DNA of 64,000 nucleotides, from positions 108,297-172,296 of the forward strand of contig NZ_JAHXBF010000014.1 of the NCBI RefSeq assembly GCF_020103695.1. Direction: 5' to 3'. A model generated the notes under the pieces. That model saw nothing but the letters and a program-made list of their open reading frames with translations, searched no databases and was not told the origin of the DNA. The position numbers and the translations under genes were made by a program. Shown here piece by piece: positions 30,714 to 40,374 of the stretch (its first letter is position 1; every line of letters begins with the position of its first letter). Source of the stretch: Hyalangium versicolor. GTDB lineage: Bacteria > Myxococcota > Myxococcia > Myxococcales > Myxococcaceae.

Positions 30714-30741
30714 GTTCTCCGTGAATGCCGCAAACCTTGCG

Positions 30742-30810
30742 TTGACCTCGGTGTCTCTCGTAATACTCGATTTCTTACAAATGTGTATACGCAGTGGACT
30801 TGTATCAGCG
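30742..30810. promoter_or_regulatory. AT-richer divergent intergenic region (menF and aro operon) with TTGACC, TAATAC and GTATAC/TTGTATC elements
   Basis: TTGACC (30742-47) and TAATAC (30761-66) are hexamer-like but spaced 13 nt apart. This is followed by TGTATAC (palindromic GTATAC) and TTGTATC 17 nt later. Codon usage at 30794-30840 is atypical for coding, so the aro-operon start is probably downstream of here. Confidence 0.2.
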
Positions 30811-31729
30811 AGCTTTTCTCCGTGGAGGCCATGTGGGCGGAAGGGGGACTGATCAGGGCGTTCAGGGTGCCTCCAAGACGGGGCCGAATCGCGCGCGGAG
30901 AGAGGTGCGCCCCGAGGGCACGCGTATCACCGTGGGCCGGGTGGAGATCGGCGGCCCCGGCTTCGTGGTGATGGCGGGCCCTTGTGCCGTCGAGGACGCG
31001 GAGCAGACGGAGCAGTCGGCAGCGGCGGTGGCGGCGGCAGGAGCCCATGTGCTGCGCGGCGGCGCCTTCAAGCCCCGCACCAGTCCGTATGCGTTCCAAG
31101 GGCTGGGTGAACCCGGGCTGCATTTGCTGGCCGAGGCGGGCCGGCGCCACGGGCTGCCGCTGATCAGCGAGGTGATGGATACGGCCCAGATCCCGCTGCT
31201 GATGGAGTACTCGGACATCCTCCAGGTGGGCGCGCGGAACATGCAGAACTTCAGCCTGCTGCGCGCGCTGGGCAAGGTGCGCAAGCCGGTGCTGGTCAAG
31301 CGCGGGCTGGCCGCCACCATCGAGGAGTGGTTGCTGGCGGCGGAGTACGTGCTGGACGGCGGCAACGAGCAGGTCCTCTTGTGCGAGCGCGGCATTCGCA
31401 CCTTCGAGACCGCGATGCGTAACACATTGGATCTGGCGGCGGTGACGTATGTGAAGCAGCGCTCGCACCTGCCCGTCATCGTGGATCCCTCGCACGCGAC
31501 GGGGCATCCGGGGCTGGTGGTGCCCATGTCCCTGGCGGCGGCGGCAGCGGGCGCGGACGGGCTGCTGGTAGAGGTACACCCGTGGCCCGAGCGAGCGCTG
31601 TGTGACGGCGCCCAGGCGCTCACGCCCGAGCGCTTCCAGGACTTGATGAATCGGCTCCCCGCCGTGCTGGGCGCCGTGGACCGCTTCCTCTGGAAGGATT
31701 CGCCCGTCCCAGCTGTGGGAACGCGATGA
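30794..31729 (+). CDS. aroG: 3-deoxy-7-phosphoheptulonate (DAHP) synthase, type I-beta (KDO8PS-like) core-only form
   Basis: The core aligns with Thermotoga/Pyrococcus-type DAHPS ([24 protein letters not shown]...[20 protein letters not shown]...VDPSHATG). There is no N-terminal ACT/CM domain. The tracked start at 30794 is a GTG in a region of poor codon usage. The true start is probably an internal GTG, for example near 30905. Confidence 0.75.
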   Translation: MDLYQRAFLRGGHVGGRGTDQGVQGASKTGPNRARREVRPEGTRITVGRVEIGGPGFVVMAGPCAVEDAEQTEQSAAAVAAAGAHVLRGGAFKPRTSPYAFQGLGEPGLHLLAEAGRRHGLPLISEVMDTAQIPLLMEYSDILQVGARNMQNFSLLRALGKVRKPVLVKRGLAATIEEWLLAAEYVLDGGNEQVLLCERGIRTFETAMRNTLDLAAVTYVKQRSHLPVIVDPSHATGHPGLVVPMSLAAAAAGADGLLVEVHPWPERALCDGAQALTPERFQDLMNRLPAVLGAVDRFLWKDSPVPAVGTR

Positions 31730-31768
31730 GCACCAACTTGCGACAATGGGTAGCCCATCCGACGACGC

Positions 31769-32386
31769 TTGGGACATCCTACGCCCATGTCGGAACAGTC
31801 CGCTGATGCGCGGCGCCTCATCCTCGTAGAAGTCCTCGACAACCTCGATCCGCGCCTGCGCCACCAGTTGCACGCGGCGCTCACCCAGGAGGCGCCGGGC
31901 ACGCTCCCCGCGCCTGGGCAGACCGTCGTGATCGCGGGACACCGCGCCGCGGGAAAGACCCGGGTGCTCCCCCTGCTCTCGCGGCTGCTCGGACGAGAAG
32001 GGATAGACCTCGACAAGAGCCTGGAGAAGTCCTCGGGGCGCTCGCTGCGCACCTGGGTGGCCGAGGATCCGAAAGCGTTCCGAGCCGCCGAGCGCCAGGC
32101 CCTCCTGGGAATCGCTCCTGGGAGCCTGGTGTCCGTGGGCGGAGGGTTTCTGTCCCACCACCCGGACGCCCTGGAAGGCATGTTCACCCTCGTCGTGCCG
32201 ATCTCCTTCGAGACGTACCGGGAGCGCCTGCTGGCCGACAGCTCCCGTCCCCGGCTGAGGCCCGGCGTCTCCTTGGATGAGGAGATCGCTTCAGTGTTCC
32301 ATGAGCGCGAGGCCCTGCACGCCCGTGTCCCCTCCATTCCTCTTGTGGACTTCCTCCGCGGTTTCTGGCGTGAGGAAGGTTCATGA
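31769..32386 (+). CDS. aroK: shikimate kinase
   Basis: P-loop VVIAGHRAAGKT followed by the shikimate-kinase-style DLD..., at ~200 aa. It sits between DAHPS and aroDE. The start may be Met 31787. Confidence 0.6.
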   Translation: MGHPTPMSEQSADARRLILVEVLDNLDPRLRHQLHAALTQEAPGTLPAPGQTVVIAGHRAAGKTRVLPLLSRLLGREGIDLDKSLEKSSGRSLRTWVAEDPKAFRAAERQALLGIAPGSLVSVGGGFLSHHPDALEGMFTLVVPISFETYRERLLADSSRPRLRPGVSLDEEIASVFHEREALHARVPSIPLVDFLRGFWREEGS

Positions 32387-33627
32387 GTTCCGCCCTTCGA
32401 GTGGTGACGCTGCCTCCCACGCTCTCCGGAGCCGAAGCGGTGCGCTTTGCTCAAGAGATCCGCCACCGGGGCGCCAACGTCCTCGAGATCCGGACGGATC
32501 TGCACGCGCCCACGGCCGTGGACATCCCGGCACTGGCCCGGGAGCTGCCGCTGCTCGTCTCCGAGCGGGGACAGCCTCTTCCCCCGCTCTGGGTCGAAGC
32601 CTCCACCTACGTGGACCGGGATGTGACCGTGTCCGTCGATGCGCCTCCGACGAAGCTGGTGGCCTCGCACCACGCCGAGCGCCCGCTCTCCACTGCGGAG
32701 GCCCTCGCGCTCTGGAACCAGGATCTGCCCAGGAACGCCTTCGTCAAGCATGTCGAGCCGCTCGGCTCCCTGGCGCGGATCCCGGAGCTGTTGGAGACCC
32801 AGGCCCGGCTGATCGAGCGCTTCGGCGCCGGCCGGGTGACGGTGCTCGGAATGGGGCCGGTGGCGCTCCCGGTGCGCGCCGTGCTCGCCCAGCGCAATGC
32901 CCTCGACTACCTGGCGGCCGGAGGCAACTGGAACTCGGCTCCCGGACAGCGGCTCCTGGATGATGCGGTCCGCGAGGCTCGCGCCGCGGGAACAGCCACG
33001 AGCCTGCGCCGAGGCATCCTGGGGACCTCGATCGTCCACTCGCGATCGCCCCGCATCCACAGGCAGCCCTTCGATCGCATCGACATCCCCGAGGAGGGTC
33101 CCGTCGAGGAGCTGGTCGACGCGCTGATCCCCCACTACGCCGGCTTCGCCGTCACCAGCCCCTTCAAGCTGCGCCTGGCCAGGCACACCCGCTCTCCGCT
33201 GGAGGCCATCAACACGCTCGTGCGCCGGGGCACCCGCTGGGAGTCCTTCAACACCGACGTTGAGGGGGCACGCGCTGTCCTGAAGCGGCTCGGGGTGCGA
33301 GAGGCGTTCGTGCTCGGGGATGGAGGCTCCACCGCGGCCCTGCGCTCCGTGGCGGGAGACGTAGGATGCCAGCTGCGCATCCTCAAACGCGCGGACATCC
33401 GTGAGCCGCTTTCGGGCGCTGGCGTGTGGACCTGGCCGGACCGGATCCCCGCCCCCGAGGAACTGCGTTTCGACGGGGCCCGCGTAGCGGTGATTGCTTA
33501 TGGAGCCCCCGGCCGGCGCGTGGCCAAGGAGATCTCGCGCCGAGGAGGCACACCCGTCATGCTGGGGGCTGCGTGGTTCATCGCGCAGGCCCGACGCCAG
33601 CGCGAACTCTGGGAGACTGCGACATGA
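32383..33627 (+). CDS. aroDE: bifunctional 3-dehydroquinate dehydratase (type I) / shikimate 5-dehydrogenase fusion
   Basis: N-terminal half has the type-I DHQase pattern (VLEIRTDL...). C-terminal half is AroE (GILGTSIVHSRSPRIH, NTDVEG, VLGDGGSTAA Rossmann). Its ATG overlaps the aroK stop. Confidence 0.75.
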   Translation: MSSALRVVTLPPTLSGAEAVRFAQEIRHRGANVLEIRTDLHAPTAVDIPALARELPLLVSERGQPLPPLWVEASTYVDRDVTVSVDAPPTKLVASHHAERPLSTAEALALWNQDLPRNAFVKHVEPLGSLARIPELLETQARLIERFGAGRVTVLGMGPVALPVRAVLAQRNALDYLAAGGNWNSAPGQRLLDDAVREARAAGTATSLRRGILGTSIVHSRSPRIHRQPFDRIDIPEEGPVEELVDALIPHYAGFAVTSPFKLRLARHTRSPLEAINTLVRRGTRWESFNTDVEGARAVLKRLGVREAFVLGDGGSTAALRSVAGDVGCQLRILKRADIREPLSGAGVWTWPDRIPAPEELRFDGARVAVIAYGAPGRRVAKEISRRGGTPVMLGAAWFIAQARRQRELWETAT

Positions 33628-34643
33628 ATACTCTGGGAATCCTCTTCCGCCTCACCACCTTCGGTGAGAGCCACGGCGTCGCGCTGGGCTCGATCATCGA
33701 TGGCTGTCCCGCCGGCGTTCCGCTGACCCGGGATCAGATCCAGGCCGCGCTGGACCGCCGCCGTCCGGGACAGTCCTCCATCACCACCGCCCGCGCCGAG
33801 CCGGATCAGGTGGAGATTCTCTCGGGAGTCTTCGAGGACAAGACGCTGGGCACGCCGATCGCAGCCATCGTGCGCAACACGAACCAGCGCTCGGGGGACT
33901 ACGACAAGCTGAAGACGGTGGACCGCCCGGGCCACGCGGACGCCGTGTGGCGCGAGCGCTACAAGCACCGCGATCACCGGGGCGGCGGCCGCACGAGCGG
34001 GCGCGAGACGCTCTGCCGCGTCATCGGCGGCGCGGTGGCCGAGGCCTTCCTGGCGCGCGATCTGCCTCGGGTGAGCACGGTGGCCTGGGTGTCGCAGGTG
34101 GGAGACCTCGTCGCCGCGGTGCCGGAGCCCGGTATCACGCGGGCGCAGGTCGACGCGCACGCCACACGCTGCGCGGATCCGGTGGTGCGCGAGGAGATGT
34201 CCAAGCGCATCCTGGCGGCCAAGGAGGCCGGAGACAGCCTGGGCGGCTCCATCGACATCCGCGTCGAGGGTCTGCCCGTGGGGCTCGGTGAGCCCATCTT
34301 CGGCAAGCTCAAGGCGCTCATCGCGCAAGCGCTCGGGAGCGTGGGCGCGGTGACAGGCGTCGTGTGGGGCCCGCCGGATCTGCTGGCTCGCATCGAGCAG
34401 CCCGGCAGCGTCTTCCACTCGCAGAAGGAGATGTACGGCGGCATCCAGGGAGGCCTGGCCAACGGCGAGCCGATGCAGTTGCGCGCCTTCTTCAAGCCTC
34501 CCGCCACGCTCGCGGAGCACGCCAAGGGCGGCCGTCATGATCCGTGCATCATGCCGCGCGCGGTGCCGGTGCTCGAGGCGATGGTCTCCATGGTGATCGC
34601 CGATCTCGTCCTGCAGATGAACGCCTTCCACCACACCGCATGA
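33624..34643 (+). CDS. aroC: chorismate synthase
   Basis: MNTLGILFRLTTFGESHG...GGRTSGRET...GRHDPC are canonical AroC motifs. The ATG at 33624 overlaps the aroDE stop (ATGA). The tracked ORF has a 66 aa artefact upstream. Confidence 0.9.
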   Translation: MNTLGILFRLTTFGESHGVALGSIIDGCPAGVPLTRDQIQAALDRRRPGQSSITTARAEPDQVEILSGVFEDKTLGTPIAAIVRNTNQRSGDYDKLKTVDRPGHADAVWRERYKHRDHRGGGRTSGRETLCRVIGGAVAEAFLARDLPRVSTVAWVSQVGDLVAAVPEPGITRAQVDAHATRCADPVVREEMSKRILAAKEAGDSLGGSIDIRVEGLPVGLGEPIFGKLKALIAQALGSVGAVTGVVWGPPDLLARIEQPGSVFHSQKEMYGGIQGGLANGEPMQLRAFFKPPATLAEHAKGGRHDPCIMPRAVPVLEAMVSMVIADLVLQMNAFHHTA

Positions 34644-35710
34644 GCTTCCTTCCTCCCGGCGCGTACAAGCCCGCAGTCGATCACTGGGGTTCCTTCCAGA
34701 AGCTGTCGAAGCGCCTGCCCGAGGGCAGCCTGGCCGTCGTAGACAAGACGGTGGTCGGGTTCCACCCGGGCCTCATCCCCGCTCTCGAAGCGCGCAACCC
34801 CCGCGCCATCGTCCAGATCACCGGCGGCGAGCGGGCGAAGAACTTCGCCTCCCTGGAGAAGGTGCTCTCCGAGAGCCTGTCCCTGCCCCGCTCCGGCACG
34901 CTGGTGGTGGTGGGCGGAGGCACCCTCGGAGACGTAGCCACGGTGGCCGCGCACCTGCTCAAGCGGGGCGTGCGGCTGGTGCAGGTCCCCACCACCCTGC
35001 TGGCGGCGGTGGACAGCAGCCTCGGCGGCAAGGGAGCGGTGGATCTCACCCTGCGCGGGCGCGTGGTGAAGAACCCGGTGGGTGTCTTCCACTACGCGGA
35101 CGAGTCGTGGATCTGCCCGGAGCTGTTCACCTCGCTCTCCGAGGATCAGCACCGCGAGGGCGCCATCGAGGCCTGGAAGATGGTGGTCTGCCTCGACGGT
35201 CCCCTCTTCCGCCGCTACATGCGCAAGGCGCCCGCTCTGGACAAGCTGGTGAAGGACGCGCGCCGGCTCAAGGAGAGCGTCTGCTCGCAGGATCCTTATG
35301 AGCAGACAGGCCTGCGCCGGGTGCTCAACTTCGGTCACAGCTTCGGCCACGTGCTGGAGAGCCTGTCCCGATTCAAGCTGTCCCACGGAGATGCCGTGGG
35401 CCTGGGCATGCTCTGCGCGCTGGATGTCGGCCGCGCCATGGGCGTGACGCCCGAGAAGGTGGCCACCCAGGTCGAAGAGGCGCTGAAGCAAGGCCCCGGC
35501 GTGCTCGGCCGGGACCGAATCGCCTCACTCATCCGCCGCACGCCGCTGGGCGATGTGGTGGAGCTGCTCGCCGCCGACAAGAAGGCCGGCAAGTCCGGCG
35601 AGCTGCGCATGATCCTCCTCACCGCCATCGGTAGCTTCGAGATCCTGGACGTCTCCGAAGCCACCTGGCGCAACCTCTGGCCCGCCTGGAAGCAGGGAAT
35701 CCGCCCATGA
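34640..35710 (+). CDS. aroB: 3-dehydroquinate synthase
   Basis: DHQS NAD-binding (VVGGGTLGDVATVAA) and metal-ligand His (GHSFGHVLE). The ATG at 34640 overlaps the aroC stop (ATGA). Confidence 0.85.
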   Translation: MSFLPPGAYKPAVDHWGSFQKLSKRLPEGSLAVVDKTVVGFHPGLIPALEARNPRAIVQITGGERAKNFASLEKVLSESLSLPRSGTLVVVGGGTLGDVATVAAHLLKRGVRLVQVPTTLLAAVDSSLGGKGAVDLTLRGRVVKNPVGVFHYADESWICPELFTSLSEDQHREGAIEAWKMVVCLDGPLFRRYMRKAPALDKLVKDARRLKESVCSQDPYEQTGLRRVLNFGHSFGHVLESLSRFKLSHGDAVGLGMLCALDVGRAMGVTPEKVATQVEEALKQGPGVLGRDRIASLIRRTPLGDVVELLAADKKAGKSGELRMILLTAIGSFEILDVSEATWRNLWPAWKQGIRP

Positions 35711-36969
35711 GCCAGCTGCACGTCGACCCCTCCCACCTCAAGCCCGCGAGCCTCACTCCCCCGGTGTCCAAGTCGGACGCGCAGCGGGCGCTGGTGCTCG
35801 CGCACCACACGGGCCACTGGCCCCTCGCCGCGCTCCAGTCCGAGCCCGAGTCCGATCTGCCCGCCGACGTCCGCGTCCTCAAACGAGGCGTGGACGCCCT
35901 GCGCCTGCCCGCCGGCCCCGTCCGGGACGTGGACTGCGCGGACGGCGGCGCCCCGTTCCGCATCCTCGTCACCCAGTCCGCGGTGACTCCGGGTGTCCAC
36001 GTGCGCCTCACCGGCACGCCGCGCCTGGGCGAGCGTCCCCATGGCCCGCTCTTCAAGTCGCTCCAGGAGGCCCTGGGGCCCGCGGGCCTGAAGCTGACCG
36101 AGGGCAAGCCCTGGCCCGTGGAGATCCAGGCCCCCACCCGCACCGCCGATCCCGTGTTCCGGGTCCCCGGCGACCAGAGCAGCCAGTACGCCTCCAGCCT
36201 GCTGCTGGGCTGCGCGGCCCTGTTCCTGCGTGAACACCGCCCCTGGAGCGTGGAGATCCAGGGCACGCTCACGAGCGCCGGCTACCTGGAGCTCACCGTC
36301 TCCTGGCTGCGCCGCTTCGGCTTCACCGTGGAGGAGACCGGCTCGCGCTTTACCGTCACGGCCCACCAGGCCTCCAAGAGCGCTCCGCCGATGCCGGGAG
36401 ACTGGTCCTCGCTGGGCTACCTGCTCCTCATCGCCTGGCGCACGGGCGGCAGCGTGGAGCGCGCGGATCCCTCCAGCGCCCACCCGGACCAGGCCATCCT
36501 GTGCCTCGTCCAGCCCGCGGGCCTCACGCCCGTCCCAGGGCCGGACCTCACCATGCGCATGGAGGGCAAGGCCCGCGCCGGGCTGGTCGCCTCCGGCAAG
36601 GAGTGCCCGGACCTGCTGCCCACCCTCGCCGCGCTTGCCTGTGTGCTCCCGGGCCCCTCCACGCTCACGGATGTGGGCATCCTCCGCCTCAAGGAGAGCG
36701 ATCGGCTGGAGGGCATCCGGACGCTCGTGGCCGCCTACGGAGGCACTACCACTCTGGACGGAGAGACGCTGACCCTCACCCCGCCCGCCGCCCCGCCTGC
36801 CCACTTCGCCATGGACAGCAAGGGCGACCACCGGCTCGCCATGGTGTCCGCCACCCTCGCCATCCTCTCTGGGGCGAAGCTGACACTCACCGGCCCCGAG
36901 TGCGTGGAGAAGAGTTTTCCGGGCTTCTGGCGGCAGGTGGAACGGGTGGGTGTACGCCTAACTGAATGA
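35707..36969 (+). CDS. aroA: 3-phosphoshikimate 1-carboxyvinyltransferase (EPSP synthase)
   Basis: EPSPS fold motifs (LPGSKS-like region KSDAQRALVLA, ...SAGYLELTVSWL..., ...RLKESDRL...). The ATG overlaps the aroB stop (ATGA). An A/T-run (tatcttttttg) follows the stop. Confidence 0.9.
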   Translation: MSQLHVDPSHLKPASLTPPVSKSDAQRALVLAHHTGHWPLAALQSEPESDLPADVRVLKRGVDALRLPAGPVRDVDCADGGAPFRILVTQSAVTPGVHVRLTGTPRLGERPHGPLFKSLQEALGPAGLKLTEGKPWPVEIQAPTRTADPVFRVPGDQSSQYASSLLLGCAALFLREHRPWSVEIQGTLTSAGYLELTVSWLRRFGFTVEETGSRFTVTAHQASKSAPPMPGDWSSLGYLLLIAWRTGGSVERADPSSAHPDQAILCLVQPAGLTPVPGPDLTMRMEGKARAGLVASGKECPDLLPTLAALACVLPGPSTLTDVGILRLKESDRLEGIRTLVAAYGGTTTLDGETLTLTPPAAPPAHFAMDSKGDHRLAMVSATLAILSGAKLTLTGPECVEKSFPGFWRQVERVGVRLTE

Positions 36970-37052
36970 TCCTTCAAGTCGCAGTGTCGGGGGCATGCCA
37001 GGGCCTATCTTTTTTGTTGAAAGCACTCTGTTCCCCGTGAAATCTCCTGCCC

Positions 37053-38354
37053 ATGCCCAAGGACACGCTGACGATCACGGACAACCGGACCGGGAAGACG
37101 TACGAGGTCCCGATCGAGAATGGCTGTATTCGCACCCACGCGCTCAGGCAGATCAAGGCCAGTGACGAAGACTTCGGTCTGATGGGTTACGACCCAGCGT
37201 TCCTCAACACGGCCAATTGTCGCAGCGCCATCACGTACATCGACGGCGACAAGGGCATCCTCGAGTACCGCGGCTACCCCATCGAGCAGTTGGCCGAGAA
37301 GTCCTCGTTCCTCGAGGTGGCCTACCTGCTGCTCAACGGCGAGCTGCCCACCCCCAAGGAGCTCGAGCAGTTCATCCACCTCGTGACGCACCACACGTAC
37401 GTGCACGAGAACATCAAGACCTTCATGGACGGGTTCCGCTACGACGCGCACCCCATGTCCATGCTGGCCTCCACGGTGGCGGCGCTCTCCGGCTTCTACC
37501 CGGACGCCAAGAACACCAAGGACGAGCAGAGCCGCCGCATCCAGATCACCCGGCTCATCGCCAAGCTGCCCACCATCGCGGCGTTCTCCTTCCGCCACAG
37601 CATGGGCCTGCCGTACATCTACCCGGACAATGATCTGTCCTACGTCGCCAACTTCCTGGCGATGATCCGCCGCATCGGCACGGCCACCTACAGGGTGCAC
37701 CCCACGCTGGAGCGCGCCCTCGATCTGCTCTTCATCCTCCACGCCGACCACGAGCAGAACTGCTCCACCACGTCGGTGCGCACGGTGGGCTCGTCCGAGG
37801 TGGATCCGTACTCGGCGGTGAGCGCGGGCATCGGCGCCCTCTACGGCCCGCTGCACGGCGGCGCCAACGAGGCCGTGCTCCGCATGCTGCGCGAGATCGG
37901 CCACGTGTCGAAGATCCCCGACTTCATCAAGGCGGTGAAGAGCGGCGAGGGTGAGAAGAAGCTCATGGGCTTCGGCCACCGCGTCTACAAGTCGTACGAT
38001 CCGCGCGCCAAGGTCATCAAGCGCGTGGCCGACGAGGTGTTCGAGATCACGGGCAAGAACCCGCTGCTGGACATCGCCCTGGAGCTGGAGCGCATCGCCC
38101 TGCAGGACGAGTACTTCGTCAAGCGCAAGCTCTACCCGAACGTCGACTTCTACTCGGGCCTCATCTACGAGGCCATGGGCTTCCCGGTGGAGATGTTCCC
38201 CGTCCTCTTCGCCATTCCGCGCACGGTGGGCTGGTGCGCGCAGTGGGAGGAGATGGTGAAGGATCCGGAGCAGAAGATCGCCCGTCCGCGCCAGATCTAC
38301 ACCGGCTCCAAGCGCCGCGAGTACGTCCCCATGGACAAGCGCGCCGCCAAGTAG
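37053..38354 (+). CDS. gltA: citrate synthase (type II, hexameric-type)
   Basis: Catalytic His/Asp regions (GPLHGGANE; GFGHRVYKSYDPRA; NVDFYSG). Confidence 0.9.
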   Translation: MPKDTLTITDNRTGKTYEVPIENGCIRTHALRQIKASDEDFGLMGYDPAFLNTANCRSAITYIDGDKGILEYRGYPIEQLAEKSSFLEVAYLLLNGELPTPKELEQFIHLVTHHTYVHENIKTFMDGFRYDAHPMSMLASTVAALSGFYPDAKNTKDEQSRRIQITRLIAKLPTIAAFSFRHSMGLPYIYPDNDLSYVANFLAMIRRIGTATYRVHPTLERALDLLFILHADHEQNCSTTSVRTVGSSEVDPYSAVSAGIGALYGPLHGGANEAVLRMLREIGHVSKIPDFIKAVKSGEGEKKLMGFGHRVYKSYDPRAKVIKRVADEVFEITGKNPLLDIALELERIALQDEYFVKRKLYPNVDFYSGLIYEAMGFPVEMFPVLFAIPRTVGWCAQWEEMVKDPEQKIARPRQIYTGSKRREYVPMDKRAAK

Positions 38355-38441
38355 TCCCGGCGCGCCACACCGTGGCCTGAGGCATTCGAGGGGCGAGGGA
38401 CTTCAGTCCCCCGCCCCTTTTGCTTTCCCCTCCCCTCCCGC

Positions 38442-40262
38442 TCAGCCCGACTGGGCCTCGGCGGAGTGGGCGGCGCCCTCCGCGTACAGCGCGTCGATGA
38501 CGGAGGCGTACTTCTTCTCCACCGCCGTGCGGCGGACCTTCAGCGTGGGCGTCATCTCCCCCTCATCGATGCTGAAGTCCCGCGGGAGGATGGAGATGCG
38601 CTTGATCGTCTCGAAGCGGGCCAGGAGCGGGTTGACGTCCCGCTCGATGGCCTGCTCCAGGTACTGGCGCAGACGGGGATCGCTGGCCAGGGCCTGGACA
38701 TCCTCGGGCCAGCCCTTCTCCCGAGCCAGCTTCTTGGCCGCCTCCGCCTCCAGCGTCAGCAGCGCCACCAGGTAGTTGCGCCGATCGCCGATGACGACCG
38801 CCTGGCTGACCGGGGAGATGCCCTTGAGCAACGCCTCGATGGTGGCGGGCGCCGTCTTCTTGCCGCCGGAGGTGACGATGATCTCCTTCTTGCGGCCGGT
38901 GATGTGCGCGAAGCCCTCGCCGTCCAGCATGCCCACATCCCCCGTGTGCAACCAGCCATCCTCCAGCAGCTGCGCGGTGGCGGCGGCCTCGCGGTAGTAG
39001 CCTTGGCACACGTTGCCGCCCTTCACGAGGATCTCCCCATCCTCGGCGATGCGGACCTCCACCCCCACCATGGGCCGGCCAATGCTGCCCAGTTGGGTGG
39101 CCTCCACCGTGTTGAGCGTCCCCGGTCCAGTCAGCTCCGACATGCCCCACACCTCGCGGAGGATGAGATCCAGCGAGGCAAAGAAATCCAGCACGTCCTT
39201 CCCGATCGGCGCCGCGCCCACGGAGAAGTACTCCACCTTGTCGAAGCCGATGCGCTCATGGAGCGGCGCGAACACGAGCTTGCGGGCCAGCTGGTACTGC
39301 GCCTCCAACAGCACGGGCACCTTCTCGTGGCGCAGCGCCAGCGTGTGGTACTGCGTGGCCACCCCTCTCGCCCACGCCACCACCTTCTGGCGCAGCGCGG
39401 GCTGAGCGCGGAAGCCCTCCTCCGCCTTCGCCTTGAACTTCTCGTAAACCCGAGGCACGCCGAAGAAGAAGGTAGGCCGCACCTCCTTCAGGTTCTGCGG
39501 CACCGAGTCGAACGACTCGGCGAAGAACACCTGTCCCCCCAAGAGCAGCGGACCGTGGATCGACAGGACCTGCTCGGCGATGTGCGACAGCGGCAGATAC
39601 GACAGCAGCCGCCGCTCCTCGCCAAAGTGCACGGCCTGGATCAGCTTCTCCGTCGTCCACACCAGGTTGTGGTGGCTGAGCATCACCCCCTTGGGATTCC
39701 CCGTAGTCCCCGAGGTGTAGATGAGTGTCGCCAACCCGTCCGTCCGCAGCGCATTGACGCGCTCCCAGTAGGGGCCCTCGTCCGCGCCAGTGCCCAATTC
39801 CAGCACGTCCACGTAGCGCAGCACGCCCTCGGGCAGCTTCTCGGGCGGATCCATGACGATGATGTGACGCAACCGGGGCAGCCGCTCCTGGAGCGCCATC
39901 ACCCCGGAGAGGTACTTCTCGTTCTCCACAAGGACGAACTCCGCCTCGCAGTGCTCGAGGATGTACTGGATCTGCTCCCCGCTGCTGGTGGTGTAGATGC
40001 CCACCGGCGCGCCCCCCAGCGCCATGGCCGCCAGATCCGCCACCACCCACTCCTCGCGGTTGAAGCTCTGGATGGCGAACACGCCCTGGGCCTTGAAGCC
40101 CAGCTTGAGCAGCCCGAGCGCGAACCGGGTGACGCGCTGGGCGTACTCGCGCCAGGAGGTGGGAACGTACGTCTTGCCCCGCCGCCTCCAGAGCGCCGGC
40201 CGGTGCTCGTGCCGCGTGGCCTGCTCGTGGAGGACATGCACCATCGTCTTGGCCTGTTCCAT
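38442..40262 (-). CDS. long-chain-fatty-acid--CoA ligase (AMP-dependent synthetase, FadD/FACL-like)
   Basis: AMP-binding core YTSGTTGNPKGVMLSH, YGMSE and GWLHTGDVG. The start is taken as ATG 40262 (MEQAKT). An alternative Met lies 18 nt downstream. Confidence 0.8.
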   Translation of the reverse strand: MEQAKTMVHVLHEQATRHEHRPALWRRRGKTYVPTSWREYAQRVTRFALGLLKLGFKAQGVFAIQSFNREEWVVADLAAMALGGAPVGIYTTSSGEQIQYILEHCEAEFVLVENEKYLSGVMALQERLPRLRHIIVMDPPEKLPEGVLRYVDVLELGTGADEGPYWERVNALRTDGLATLIYTSGTTGNPKGVMLSHHNLVWTTEKLIQAVHFGEERRLLSYLPLSHIAEQVLSIHGPLLLGGQVFFAESFDSVPQNLKEVRPTFFFGVPRVYEKFKAKAEEGFRAQPALRQKVVAWARGVATQYHTLALRHEKVPVLLEAQYQLARKLVFAPLHERIGFDKVEYFSVGAAPIGKDVLDFFASLDLILREVWGMSELTGPGTLNTVEATQLGSIGRPMVGVEVRIAEDGEILVKGGNVCQGYYREAAATAQLLEDGWLHTGDVGMLDGEGFAHITGRKKEIIVTSGGKKTAPATIEALLKGISPVSQAVVIGDRRNYLVALLTLEAEAAKKLAREKGWPEDVQALASDPRLRQYLEQAIERDVNPLLARFETIKRISILPRDFSIDEGEMTPTLKVRRTAVEKKYASVIDALYAEGAAHSAEAQSG

Positions 40263-40374
40263 AGGGTGGGTGAGGCTACAGAAACCCAGCGGCGGGAACC
40301 ATGCCATCCAGGCCACCTGAAGCGTCTCGGGCGTTGACAGGTGACTGGGGGGCTATGTATTCCGCGCAGCGACC

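Noticed and set aside
36970-37052. Possible intrinsic terminator after aroA (GC-rich segment followed by TATCTTTTTTG)
   Set aside because: The T-run is convincing but I could not draw a stable stem immediately upstream of it, only the short palindrome GGCATGCC. It may equally be part of the gltA promoter or UP element.
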